From contig MU058384.1 of the NCBI GenBank assembly GCA_013265495.1, forward strand, positions 2,703,010 through 2,767,009: 64,000 nt of DNA, given 5' to 3'. How positions within the stretch are numbered: the first letter of the stretch is position 1; each line of letters opens with the position of its first letter. This DNA comes from Vicugna vicugna (Eukaryota). A model generated the notes under the pieces. It did not search any database. It saw nothing but the letters and a program-made list of their open reading frames with translations, and was not told where the DNA came from. Both the position numbers and the translations under genes were made by a program. Positions 25,490 to 39,279 of this stretch are shown here, in pieces.

Positions 25490-26192
25490 GTTGTGGTATA
25501 TTTATACAATGGAATACTACTCAGCCATAAAAAGAATAAAATAATGCCATTTGCAACAACATGGATGGACCTGTAGATTGTCACTCTAAGTGAAGTTAGC
25601 CAGAAAGAGAAAGAAAAAGACCATATAATATCACTTACATGTGGGATCTAAAAAAAGAAAAGAACACAGATAAACATTTACAAAACAAAGACAGATATAC
25701 AGACATAGAAAACAAATTTATTATTACCATGGGGGAGAGGGTGGAGGGATAAAATGAGAACTCCGGATTTTTAGATACTAACTGCTATATATAAAAGATA
25801 AAAAAAACAAGGTCCTACTGTATAGCACAGGGAACAATATTCAATACTTTGTAATGGCCTATAATGAGAAACAATCTGAAAAGGAATATAAGGGGGTGGG
25901 AAGGGATAAACTGGGAATTCAAAATTTGCATCTCTTGGGTGAAAATGTTAACTATCTTGATTGTGGTGGTAGTTTCATTGGTGTAGACATCTATTAAAAT
26001 TCATCAAATTGTACATCTGAAATACGTGTAGTTTACTGTATAGGAATCACACCATAATAAAGGTGTTAAAAAAAGAAATTTGAAATAAAAAAAAGAAAAG
26101 GCATGTATATATGTGTATAACTGAATCACTGTGCTGTATACCAGAAATTAACACAACATTGTAAACCAACTATACTTCAATAAAAAGAGAAA
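25490..26192 (+). mobile_element. LINE-1 3' end carrying a nested chimeric insertion (25891-26094)
   Basis: acaatggaatactactcagccataaaaag ... tatacttcaataaaaag; collinear with the L1 copies at 33990 and 49615 apart from the insert. Confidence 0.9.
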
Positions 26193-29100
26193 GAAATCAA
26201 TCTTAAAGCCCATAGCACTTGTGATGATTCTTGTCTCCCCTTTATGTTGCTACCATTCTCTTAGCCCAATTCCATTGTTATTTGTGATAAATGTAGGAAA
26301 GGCTCCTGGAGTTAAAGTGAGCTTCAATAAATGTGCGGGCAAAAGAGACTTTAAATGTTCCGCTGGAAAAGTATTCCTCCCTCACAGCAAAACTTAAAAT
26401 GTGTTACTTCCTGAGATTCTAAGTTGTTTATTTAAGGATGACAATTTGACTTTTATGGAAGATGAGAGAAGAAAGACCAAAAATGTATTGAGCCACTCCT
26501 AAATATTAGGCATTTTTTACAAATATTTCTTCTAAAAGATTACTTATGTGTTACAAAATAATAAAGTAAAAGAAATTTCCTGTGAAAAAGCAAAGGTCGA
26601 GAAGAGCTAACCCAATGTTGAGGAAGAAATAAGCAAGGGACATGCCCCACTAGAAATCAAGGCTTAGCATCCAGCCATAAGAAGCGAGGGGGAAGCATCA
26701 GAGGAGACGTCCAGGGGCTTCAGAATCATGACTCAGCAGTGGTGACAGAAGTGCTCACTCTATTGCCCTGTGTTCTGTGAACTGCTAAATATCCTTCCAA
26801 AAAATCATCTTTCTGCCTAAGTTCATCAGAGTTGTTTGCTGCTGTTAACAATCAAGGAAGAAATATGGTCATTGCCATGAGGGAAAGTAAACAGTGCTTA
26901 TGGAAGCATTTGGGAGGGACACCTAACCGAGGCTTGGGTTGGGAGCCTTCCCACAAGAAGCGGCATCCGAGCTCCCACCTGAACGTGAGTCGAAGAGAAG
27001 CAGGTGACCAGAGGGGAGGCTGAGGGTAACAGGCTCCTCATTTAAGCCTCTCCCAGTGTCTCCTCTGCCAAGTGGTTTGCTTTTTTACTGCGCCTCCTGC
27101 CGGGTCTCTTCTTTAAGTATCTGAGGCAAGCCCTCCATTTTATTGTATCTCTTTATTTAATCTCATCCGATGTCACTGACTTTTTTCTTGAAACACACTC
27201 CGTCATTGGATTCTGTGAAACCACATTTCCCTTGTTGTCTATTATTCAAATTGTACTTTCTAACTGTACTTCTGTTTTCTTTCCTGGTTCTCATTAGAGT
27301 AACCCCACACCTCAGCCCTAACTCTTTGTCTCATATTTCTCTCTCTTGCTCCCTCCCTCTTTCCTGCCCCTCTTCTCCCACTCCCCTCTCCCCCCCCCCC
27401 CCCAAGCTATCACACCCACTCTCAGAGCTTTTGAACCTCTCCCTGTGCTGATCAGTCTCCAGCTCAGTGATCTCTTCCAGGTGCAAGTAGTTTAAGAGCC
27501 AAGAAGGAAGTAACCACACTTACTAAATGCCCAAGACCTAACATGATGCCTGGCACATTTTGGTTATTCAATAACAGCACGTGAATGTTTGAGTGAAAAA
27601 TTATACTTAGCTTACTCCAGATGTCTGGAAACATCTATCTTTATGTTTCTGTTGGATGTTTTGCCTCATATTTAAACCTTAACTGTCCACGTATTAAGGG
27701 AACAAATAATCTATTTCCAGTCCTTTTAGAAGTAGGTATACCCTCAGATAAGGGATTACATTTTGTTAGCAAACTCCAAGAGACTCGCCAAGTCAATAGT
27801 TCAGTGGTTGGAGGAAAAGCAATTTTCTCTTGGGACTTAGGAGTGGATTTGAGAACCAAATAAAATGGACTTCACCTCTCTAATCTCAAATGGTCTGATC
27901 TATGGCTGGGACAGAAGTCAGGGGAACAGGAAAAGGGAATTAGAATCAACCAGACATACCTGATCTGTGGGGACTTGGGTAGCAATGTGCTACTCCTTGT
28001 GATCTGATCACATTACTATTTACATGCATTATTCAATTTGATTTTTTATATTTTGTTAAGGTTGCCTTCACTAGTCTAGCTTCTATCCAGTAATCAAACC
28101 TGTGCTTTGCTCTCCATCTGATTCCAGCATTGATCACTCAGTTATTTCCAAACTCAGAAAGGCCTGAAAGTAGGCTTACTTATCAGTCTTTTGTAATTTC
28201 CAGCTAGAATGAGTGAGAAAAGTCAGAAGAAAAGTTCAGCTGGGGTGGAGGCAAGGAGGTATGCTTTGAAAATGACTAACTTCACTGAATATACTTACTT
28301 TACAGAAAATATTTCTAAGCCACAAAGATGTTAGAGAAGTATTAGTTTACATGGTTAGTTACTGGAGAGTCTGGGTAAGAACCCAGGAATCCTGACTTTT
28401 TGAACCAATGCTTTTAACTCTGGGAAGCTCTATTATTGTCATCTCTCAAATATTACTATACTTGGGACCCAAAGTTTATATAAATTCAGCTGTGTGCAAT
28501 TGTCTTTCCTTCAAAAGTATGGGGAAGAAATTATTGTTATGTATAATAAAACAGAAAAGGTCTTATGAAATATGTCTATTTCTTAGGTATCTTTGAAACT
28601 GTCTTAACAGAACGCTTTACAAATTCACGCGCGCCTAGCATTGACTCTTTAACTTGCACAGCTACAGCTCCCCTTCTCCCTTGCAATTCTTTCTCCAATG
28701 ACCTCTCTCCTCCTTAGCCCTTACACTCCATCTTCGCACCTCTCTGGTCACAAACTTGGTGCTTCTGACTTCTCTCTGAATCCGCATCGGTGGTCTGGTA
28801 TGTATACCTCAGCACATCCCTGGCGACTTGACCTCCAGGGACCCCCTCTTAAAGAGGCGATTTTTCCTGTTGTGTGAAGACTCCCAGTTGTATGAGGTCC
28901 CTCGAACCTCAGGCTCTTTTTCTCTTCCACTGTGCATTAGGCAGTGAAGGCTTTGAAATCAGGTCTTAAAGTAGAATTTATGCTCAACTCCTTTGGGAGC
29001 TGGGAGTAGGGGTGAGGTAGCGGGTGGGAGGGGGCTTGTTCAGAGACTCCTGCTGGCGCAGCCTGAGCAGAGAGCTAAGAGACTCTGAGGCCGGCACTGA

Positions 29101-31284
29101 GCATGCTGTTTGGATAACTAATGGAAGATGGCTTTGTTACTATTCAGGGATACAAGTCCACCAAATATCTTAATTCCTATGTTTTACTAAACTTTCCCCT
29201 TCTGAGTGAGATGTAGTGCCCAAGCAGATAGTAACCATCCCTGCTGACCCCTGAGGAGGTCTTGGGACTAAATGAACTTATGAGAACTGAGGCCCTGCTT
29301 CTATTAAAACAACCTTGACTAGAGAGACCAGTGGGAGGCTGGACCTCATATTTCACACATTTTTCCTTCTTGGCTTCTCTCATTCCTAAGTCTCTGGAAA
29401 AGCTACTTTGCCTGGTTCTCCATGATAGAGTGAGAAGGTCACCGTTTGCTCAGGACTTAGTTTTAGCACGGAAAGTCCCCTTCCTTTCTCCGAGGATCCA
29501 GGTAAGCCAAGAGGTTTGCTCACTCTGCCTCTAAGACCCTTCCTGGTGACATAGCAGATGGTTCCCCTCCCGGCAGAAACTCTTCCTGGAAGTGCTCTAG
29601 GTCCCAAGGGACAGAGGGAGAAGATGAATTTCGTTAGGAGCAGTCCCATTCTCTCTTTGTAAGAGTCACACGGGATTCTTGGTAAATAGACACCCAGACC
29701 TACTGTTAGTGACCATACGGTCTAATCTGTTCAGGACACTTCCTGCATACCATTTGGAAGGTAAATTTTACACCCCTCCCCTTACTGCAGAAACATATTT
29801 CTACAGGATGGAGCCTAGAAAATTTAATAGGCATCCAGGTGATTTTTATTATTACCAAAGTCTATGGTTAGTATAGAATCTACTATTTCAGTATCTGGCT
29901 CATCAGGGCAGAGTAATAACTCTTCCAAAAGGGACCCACATTTGCCTAAAACAGGATTGGTGTGACTATCATGAGACTGTGGCTTTAGTTAGTGCTTAAA
30001 TTTGTTGTTATTATTTATGATTTGCATTTTTTCTACCACAGCTGGATGTATTATTAGTCTAATTACACAAATCTGCAAAGCATACAACACACATATATAT
30101 ATATATATATGTCTCCTTACATCTTGTTCTCTATTTTCTAACAATCTCTTTTATCTCAAAACACAGATTCCCACAAAGTGAATGCAGTTGAAACTGTTTA
30201 TCTCTCGTGTCGTCCACCCTACCATAAGCATCATCCCTTAAATAATTCACTTTCTGTTGTGCCTTCAACGCTGAAGAAGCCATGAACTAACTTTTCAATG
30301 GAGTCAGATCCCAGCATCATATTAGCTTGAGGACATCTTTGGTCCAAGAAACAAATTGTTCTGTCATGTACGATCAGTTCACTCTATAGTCTGTGCCTGA
30401 ATCATGGATAATCATAAACAACAATGCCTTCTTAGCAGCATTTTTAAATGAAAGAAACAGAGGGATTTTTAAATCATTTTTATCTGTTAATATGTTTGGG
30501 AGTTCTCCCGACATTTATAATTGGTGGGCAGAGCAGATGGCAAAGCTAAGCATCAGGGGATGTAATCATAAAACACTCCTCACCCTCAAAAAAGCAGAAA
30601 TGTTCTAAATTGGAAACTTATTTCATTTATTGAAGGATTTTTTTCACGATGCTGGACCACATTGCAAGATATTATGATATTCGATAAAAAGATATTTCCA
30701 CATCAGGAAGTTCAAAAGATGAAGATGCTACTGAAATGTAAGTTAAAGGAATTCATAAATGTTTCAGAAAACATTATAGTAGAATTATTACTATAATTTG
30801 AGAAAGGCAGGCTCTGCAATAAAGTGAGATTCATTACAAAGCCAAAATTATTTTTCAAACCTCTGACATATTTAGATAGAATTTTCATGCCAAGTCAAAT
30901 AATTATGAAATTTAAAAATTGCTTGAAAGAATGCTTGGAATTTTATGCTAATGAAGACTTAAGTTTAGAGGATTGTTTTTCTTTGTGAAAATGTTATGGT
31001 TTATAACTTTCTTCCAAGCTCTCAATGTGTAGAAGCGTGACAAAATTCCTGTAAGAAGCTGAGGTAGGAGGAACTTGTATGTTCTTATACACATGTTCCA
31101 TTTACTCATTCACTTATTTATTCAGCCAGTATCTATTGAGTGTCTGTCTCTGCTAGGTGCTGGGTTAATTTCCGAGGGTGCAGCACCAGAGAACACAGAC
31201 AAGGTCTTTCCGCCTTCATGGAACCATCTTCTAATGCGGAAGACAGTCAACAAGCAATGAGTGAATAAATAAGGGCATTACAGC

Positions 31285-31845
31285 TGCGCAGTCAAGGGTT
31301 AGCTTAGCAGGTCCAAGCTGTTCAAACCCTGCACGTTCCAAAGAAAATCCCGTTCTCCGGGGGACAGGCTCTTGGCCAGCTCCTGGGAGATAAACCCCGA
31401 GCCTTAGGGAATATCCAGCCTGATAAGAGCGCTTTCAGAGTGCTGAGGCCTGGGGCCTCACTGTGTCAGTTTGACCTCTGGGGAGAGAGGGGCTGCAAAC
31501 TGAGTAGTAAGGTCAGCCCCCTGGGCACAGCAAGCCTATGTGACTGATCCTCAGTAAAACCCCAGACACTAAGGATCAGGCACATCTCCCTAGTTGGCAA
31601 TAGTTCGCATGTGTTGTCATACATGGTTACTTGGAGGATTAAGGGCACCTCCATGTGACTCTGCTGGAAAGGGTGTCTGAAGTATGACTCTGGCTTTTCC
31701 TGGACTTCGCCCATCCACCTTTTTTATTTGCTGATTTCTAATCTGTATCCTTTCACTAAAATAAACCACAAGCTTGAGCATAATAGCTGTTCTGAGCCCT
31801 GTAATTCCACCAAGCCTGAGCATGGTCTCGGGGACTCTCTACACA
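31285..31845 (+). mobile_element. MER77-like solo LTR inserted in an L2
   Basis: TG...CA ends; gggttagcttagcagg...caaaccctgcacgttccaaagaaa...ctcctgggagataa; AATAAA near 31760; L2 sequence on both flanks (~31080-31280 and ~31850-32180). Confidence 0.75.
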
Positions 31846-32301
31846 CAGACTGTATTAAATGACATAAACAGGGTGACGTGTTAGAGTAACTGATTGGGGG
31901 GATACTTAGTTGAGATGGGGAATGAATTAAAGCTGGAGGCCAAGAGTGTGGCTGAGCATGTGAAGAGCTTAGGGGGGTGTGTTCCAGGCACGGGGAACAG
32001 GAACTGCAAAGGCTTTGGGACAGTGGAGTGCTTGGTGTGTCAGAGGGACAGTAAGGAGGCCCGGAGAGAGCTGGGTGAAGAGAGGCAGCGTGGCGGCAGG
32101 TGGAGTTGGCAAGATTAGCAAGGGTCAGATCAGGAGAGGCTGTTAGGCCTCAGAAAGGAGTTTGGATTTTAGTGAAAGCAAATGAGTCTTGACTGGGTGA
32201 GGTTACACCCAGTTCTGTTGCTTTTTCACTACATTCATAAACTTGGGGACGAGAAGTTTTGTTTTACAAAGAGGCTCATGGTCAGGTTGCAGCCTCACTT
32301 A

Positions 32302-32452
32302 CAGTCACCTTTTCTGTATCCCCGGGTTCTGTACCTGCAGTTATGGGGGCCCAACTGTGCCACTATTTTACATAAGGAACTTGACCACCCATGGATTTTG
32401 GCATCCATGGGGGTCCTGGAACCAGTTCTCTGTGGATACTGAGGGATGACTA
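32302..32452. mobile_element. Tigger/MER2-like MITE
   Basis: TA-flanked; inverted termini cagtcacct...tctgtatcc / ggatactgagggatgact; internal gggggtcctggaaccag. Confidence 0.75.
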
Positions 32453-32566
32453 TAAATCTTACAAGAGACAACACTGGAAAGGCAGTGGGTTTTCCAGCAC
32501 TGCATATTCAGAGAAGAGAGAGGAAATTCAGAGATGAGAGAGGTTACTTCTTCTCCATATTTTCTT

Positions 32567-32660
32567 AAAAAAAATTTTTTTTAATGGAAGTACTGGGGAT
32601 CAAAACCAGGACCTTGTACATGCTAAGCATGCAGCCTACCACTGAGCGATACCCCTCCCC
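32567..32660 (-). mobile_element. tRNA-derived SINE (camelid type)
   Basis: tggaagtactggggatcaaaaccaggacc...ctaccactgagcgatacccctcccc; TSD cttctccatatt at 32550-32561 and 32662-32673. Confidence 0.9.
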
Positions 32661-33989
32661 ACTTCTCCATATTCTTCTTCTCTGAGTAGCAGTTACCCTA
32701 ATTTCAGGGCTATACAGAATCTTAATTTTAAATGATTAAGAATTACAAATGTTCAATACACATGGTCCAACTCACTCAAAATGAGCTGAAAGTCAAATCA
32801 AGAATATAGCATATTTTTATCACTTATCAGCCTGGCAAAAATGACAACATTTATAAAACATGACTTTGGCAAGCATTTGTCAGAACTCTTATATACTTTT
32901 AGTGGAAATAAAAATGAGTTCCCCCTTTCGGGAGGACAATTTGGTAATATTAATCAGTTTGCATATCATCTTTGATCCATTATTGCCACCGCTAGAGATT
33001 TATCACAAGGAAATACTTGCAGAAATATACAAGAGGATGTTTGTTGTGGCAAAAAACTGGTAACAACCTAAAAACCCATCAGTACAAAAGTGGTTGATTT
33101 AAGTGTGGTTATTTTATACCATGGAATTCTGATGCATAATGAAAAGTGAATCAGGTAGCGCACTGTCTACAAGTATCAAAAAAAATTGTCATGAAAGCCA
33201 AGGTTTATGACGTTATCACACCACTTGTATGTGCCTAAATAATCTCCAGAAGGAATTACAGAACTTGCATTTCTTTCTCTTAAAAAATTTAATACATTCA
33301 CTGCAGAAAATATAACTATATTAAAAAGTGAAAATAAAAATCCACTTGTAACACCAGAAGTTGACACAACTGACTATACTTCAATAAAAAAAAAACCACT
33401 CATAATTTACCACCCATAAATATAAATTGTTAACATATATTCTATCCCCTTTCAGTTCTTTCTTGGACATATAAAGATATTGCTTTGAATTTTTAATAAA
33501 ATTCAGAAAACATCCCCAACCCCAATTAAAAGATAATTAAGTAATGGTGGCAGAACAAACTTCCCAAAACAAGGGAAGGGGAGATAAAGGTGCCAAATAT
33601 TATATAACTTTTATATATTTAAGAATATTTTTCTCTTTCTTATCTCTAACCATGTGGCAATCCAATTTATTATTTGGCAATTGCATTTCCTGAAATCAAG
33701 ACAGATGAAGCTTGGCAGATTAAGTGGTCACTGTAGGAATACAGAGATGTATGAACCTTCTCTTGGAGGTTTCTAAGGTCACTTGGGGAGATGACATGGA
33801 TGCCTGTGTAGAGGCAGCAGACAAGACCAAGTGGACTCTGAGAGGTCCTAATGGGCTGGGGTGAGGTGATCTCACATAGCAGGTCAAAAGTAAGCAGAAA
33901 AGAACTCAACAGAAAACTCCAAATAGAACAAAATATTCATTTCAGAAACAGAGTGAAATGTGGAAATTTTAAATACAAAAATTCTTCCA

Positions 33990-34517
33990 CAACCTAAATG
34001 TCCATCAGCAGGTGAATGGATAAAGATGTGGGATATATGTATATATATACACAATGGGATATTGTTCAGCCATAGAAAAAGAATGAAATAATGCTATTTG
34101 CAGCAACATGGTTGGATCTAGAAATTACCACACTAAGTAAAGTAAGTCAGACAGAGAAAGATAAATATCATATGGTATCACTTATATGTGGAATCTAAAA
34201 AACAATACAAATGAACTTATTTGCAAAACAGAAACAGACTCACAGACATAGAAAACAAACTTATTGTTACCAAAGGGGAAAAGGGAGGGGAAGGGTAAAT
34301 TAGGAGTTTGGGATTAGCAGATACAAACTACTATATGTAAAGTAGATAAATAATAAATCCTACTGAATAGCACAGGAAACTATATTCAATATCTTGTACT
34401 AACCTATAATAAAAAAGAATCTGAAAAAGATTTGTGTTCAGTTATATGCATAACTGAATCACTATGCTGTATACCAGAAACTAACACAACATTGTAAATC
34501 AACTATATTTCAATTAA
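33990..34517 (+). mobile_element. 5'-truncated LINE-1 3' UTR
   Basis: caacctaaatgtccatcagcaggtgaatggataaag ... ctatatttcaattaaaaa; imperfect TSD aaaaattcttcca / aaaaagtcttcca. Confidence 0.9.
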
Positions 34518-35029
34518 AAAAAGTCTTCCAAACATTGATGGTCCCTTCAATTCATTAAAGTAACCAGTTTGTGTAATTTTTAATACCACTCAGATATGCC
34601 TTCAATTCATTAAAGAAGCGAGACTGTGTTGTTTTTAACACAACCCTGCTCAGCCTGGGTCTGTGCTTTCTCATCCTCTTTCCTATCTTGTAAGTGTATT
34701 TTTAAAAGTGTATTTTAAGGGCACATATTACACATTCAGGTCTTAGCTGAATATTTATTGGAAATTTTCCAGGCTGAAAGAAACCTAGATTATACAACCT
34801 GCATTTTAGTGATAGTCCCAGGAGCACAATCATCATCTTTGGATTAGAGAAGGAGAGAGACAGAGAGAGGGAGAGCACAACTGTACAGTGGAATTGGTTT
34901 GGAGAGATAAGTAGTCTTAAAATATATACTGACAACTGGGTGTGCTCTACAAATTTCAGATATGCTCCAATACACTTAAGAATATGCACACTAAAATTGA
35001 GTTTTAGGAGTTAATTGTACTGACTCTGT

Positions 35030-35950
35030 AGCTAAATGTCTGGGCTTGAGACCCAGCTCTGCCTCTTACCAGCTTGTGTTATCTTGGAAAAGTCATTTAG
35101 TTTCTCTGTGCCTCAGTTTCCTCATCTGTAATAGAGAAGCGATAGTTGTACGTTGTTAATGATATTGTGAGAATAAGAGGAATGAATGTGTTCCTGAAAC
35201 AGGGACTGGCATGCAGTCAGTGCTAGTGAAGGGTTAGTTGCTATTTTTATTATTTGCACAGTGGTTAGTACTGAGGTTTTAGACCAAGAAGTTTGGTCTG
35301 GGCTTTTCCTAGCTCTGACACCAACCTGCTAAATGATCTTAAACAAATCATTTAAACTATCTGTGTTTCAGCACCTTTGCAAAGTAGACATAATAATTGT
35401 GCCTACCTCATAGGCTTGTTCTGAGAATAAAGGAAATTAATATATATCATGTAATAAGAATAGTGCCACATACCTTGAAACACTCGATAAATGTTAGCAT
35501 TTATTATTTCTAATTAAACTTTTGGGTTCCAGATGACATTTTTTGAGCTCAGTATTTCAGTCTCTATTTGCTTAATGACTTTCAAAGCTTGGAACTAAAG
35601 TTGAGATTTTACCATTATCTATACATGGTATGTGCCTAGACTAACCCTTCATTAACTCTATTTACTTGTTTGTTCCAAACACTCTACTTACCTAAGAAAC
35701 CGTTTTTAGCTCAACTCAGAGATCACAACATAGTGTTATGGAGAGGCCATAGCATGGACATCTCACAAGTAGATCGGAGTTTGAATCCCCTCAGTTACTA
35801 AAGTGTTTACTTAATAGCTCAGTTTTAGTCTTCTTCATCTGTAAAATGGGCATAACAGCTTTTAACTTGCAGATAGTTGTGAGACTTTAAAGAGATATTA
35901 CTTATAACAGTGCAGTCCTTAGAACATAGCAATTTTAAGCAAATATAGTT
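35030..35950 (+). mobile_element. Cluster of three MIR SINEs
   Basis: MIR core ctctgtgcctcagtttcctcatctgtaa (~35105-35130) and degraded cores at ~35350-35400 and ~35815-35850. Confidence 0.7.
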
Positions 35951-36866
35951 GTTTCCACCCACTGTTAACAAGTCCCTTTTGGAATGTTGGTACACGGGTC
36001 CCAGGGAGGGGTTTAGAATTGAAATTGGGTTATAATTAGGCGCAGAGAACAAACAGACCTGAAACCAGCTCTGTTTCCACTCTTAATAATTGTGCTGATT
36101 GCTCCAGGGCCAACAGGGACACGCCGTTCACTCTGCTCCCACAGCCGCAGGCACAGCCCTACACGAGGAGAGCATTCGGTGCTGGCATTAGCAGCATCAC
36201 TTGGTGGCAGTATCTTCTGCAAACCCTCTCTGTACCCCTAGAGTATTTCCTGGCACAGTGCTCTGTGTATGAGAGGAGCTCAATAAATGTTTGCTGGAGA
36301 AATAAATGCCATAGGCAGTATTACACAGAAATACAAAGACCCAAACAGGGAAAATAGTCAAAGGCAGCAAAGGTGGGACAAGTCAGGTATTGAATCCTGT
36401 TGCGGCAAGTGAAATGGAAAAGTCAGTCGGCGATGTGTATCAAGAACTTCAAAATATTTGTATTTCACAGTCAAGGCACCTAAAGGGAGAATGTAGAGAA
36501 GGAAAAGGGCCGGACTGCGTGCCCTGATGAACTCCACCAGTTAGAGTTCAGATGCGCAGGAAGTCTGTAAAAGGGCAGAAGGAAATCAGGAAAATGTGTG
36601 CTTTTAGAAGCCAAGGGAGGACCTCAACTATGAGAGCATGCAGAGACAAATGCTACAAATGGCCAAGCATTAGCAGCAACTGTCTCTGGTAAAAAGAAAA
36701 AGAAAAAGTGATTGATTGTCTATGGGTGACTCATTCTTTATACTTTGTCTCCAGATTTTCTAAAACAAGTATGTAATACATTTATAATCACAACAGAATA
36801 GAATCATAAAACATTTAAATGGTATTTATTTAGTTATATACTTCAATAAATAGTCTTTATTTCTAG

Positions 36867-37332
36867 TGTGAACAAAGAATGTCACTGGCAGTATCAATAA
36901 ATAAAGGATATTGCGGCCATCAAGCCATCAGCCACTGCAGCCACGCTCCCCCTACAAAGTGCTTCCCGAGAGGATTCAGGATGGAGAAAAACAGGCTACT
37001 GGCCCTGGATAGCTAAGGTGCATATCAAAGGAATGACTTCATTAAGCCCAAGCTCTTACATGTTCCTATATAGAGAGAAGCACTGAATTCGTTAACTCGA
37101 GATGTCTGGGTTTCTTTAATTAGCAATAATCTTTTGATGTCTGACTACCTGTTTTTTAGTGTTTCTTTGTTTTTGCAAAAACTCTTATATATCCTGGCTC
37201 CCCTCCCTTACCTCTTTACAACAGTCCCTCAGAGCTACCTGAGAGGCTGTGCCCCAAACTTAAGTCCTCAGTAATGCCCCCAATAAAACATAATTCTCAG
37301 CTTTTAGGTTGTGCATTTTTTTTCAGCTGACA
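36867..37332 (+). mobile_element. ERV1-type solo LTR
   Basis: TG...CA termini; near-TSD ctag/ctgg; TATA-like tatatat at 37186-37192; AATAAA at 37282-37287. Confidence 0.75.
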
Positions 37333-38995
37333 CTGGATATCTAAAAACACTTTTTTAATTGGAAGTTTACTTATTGATTTGGGGGTTTTCATATTTAATT
37401 TTATATGGGGAAAATGATTGATATAGGCATTTTCTTTCTTTTTTTTTTTGGTATGAGGAAAATTATTTACCAAGTAATATAGAGGCATTTAAAAAAATAA
37501 ACTATTTTTTAGAACAGTTTCAGATTTACAGAAAACTTGCAACAGTACAGAGTTCCCATAAACCCCCACCATTGTCCTCTAATATTAACATTTTTCATCA
37601 GTATGGTAGATTTGTTACAATTAATGGATCCATATGGATACAGTGTTATCAACTGAAATTATAGAGTCATCCTCAAAATCATACTTTGTGACTATTAGTT
37701 TTTCTATGGTTATTTGGTCAATTTTAAGTCTTGCAAATGTTATGCTAAAAACAACCTTCTACTGCCATCTACTGTTCTGAATATTTTTTTTTCAATTTGA
37801 TTCTTAGAATTTTTCATTCATCTATACTTTAATAGAGCTTTTCATATACTTTTAGAGCTATAAGTGTCCTTATAGTTCATTTTATAACCACCTCAACAAA
37901 TAAGTGAGGCTCAGAGAGATCAAGGCTCAGGTAGCTAGTAACAGAGCTGCTCATCCATTTATACATTTTATCACTTACTTAACACCTATATTAGAAAAGG
38001 TGATAGACATACAAATAGGACAGTGGTCTTCCTCAAGAATCTCACACTCTAATGGGGACACACAGAAGATGGTTATAAAACCATGTGATTAGTACATATA
38101 CTTCAAGTCTTCTGAGAGTCTAGGGAAAGAGCACACCGTAGATTGGAGGCTGAAATATGCCAAGATTCAGAGATGCTTTCTTGGAAAATATGTGGTCTGA
38201 AGCAGATCTTAAAAGAACAGGAAGTAAGTAGGTGAACAGGGTGGGGACTGGGAAGAAAGGTATTCCAGAAATACGGCCAGAAATAAAGGCAAAAATAGTA
38301 TGTTGTATGTGAGAAATAATAAAAAGATTGGAAAGTTTAAGGTCAGCAGAAGTGACAGATGAAGCTGGAGAGGCTAACAGGGACCAGACCACGGGGGAAT
38401 CTGTGTGTCACTGCTACAAATCTCATTCTTGATCACATAGGTGACGGAGAAGCGGTGAGTGGTACCTGGAGGAGAGTGTCAGGGTCAGGTTCACATTTAG
38501 CTGCATTCTTTTAGAGGTCTTGTGGAAGATGGATTAGGGAGAGGGGGAGTGTTCAGAACTGGAGACAGAGAGAGAAATGAGGAGGCAGCTGTGGCTTAAG
38601 TAAAGGCAAAGGAATCACAGCAGGAGTCGCACAGATGGAGCAGAAAGTTTGTGTTGTAGAAGTATTTGGGAGGTAAAGCAGGCAGCAAAACTTTCAACTA
38701 CTGTATATACACTGTATATAAAAGAAAGTCCAGGATGATCTTGGAGTTTTAATTTTGGTGACCAAGGTGATGGAGGTACTACAGAAGCTACAGAAAGAAG
38801 CTAATTGTTTAGGGATGAGAGGGCAACCAGGGTACTGGTTGAGATTAAAGTGTTTGAGGGAGAATCCAGGTGGTGCCATCTTGCTGGAAGTGGGATATAA
38901 AAGTCTGAAGCTTAGGAAAAGTGTGGACTGAAGATATATGTTTGCAAGTCATAATTGTATAGGTAAGGGCTGAAATCATGGAAGATGATGATGTA

Positions 38996-38997
<2 letters not shown>

Positions 38998-39032
<35 letters not shown>
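38998..39032. repeat. (CA)n microsatellite
   Basis: About 17 perfect CA units; shorter CA/TG runs at 10029-10051, 18424-18476 and 23364-23390. Confidence 0.95.
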
Positions 39033-39035
<3 letters not shown>

Positions 39036-39279
39036 AGAATGAACAGAAGAGTAGTATAAGGAAAGAAGCCCAGAGAATCCAACCCTGAATGAAGGCGGGG
39101 GCAGAGGAAGACTAGCACATTAAAGAGAAAGGGAAGGAATGGATAAAGAGATTCAATGGGGAACGGGTGGGAAAAAAAATAAAACAAAAAACAAAAAACC
39201 TCTGACAGCTGGTAGTTGGCTTGACAACCAAAAGCTAGAACATGGTGAGGCAGTGCTGAGCATGAGTAATTTCACAGAC

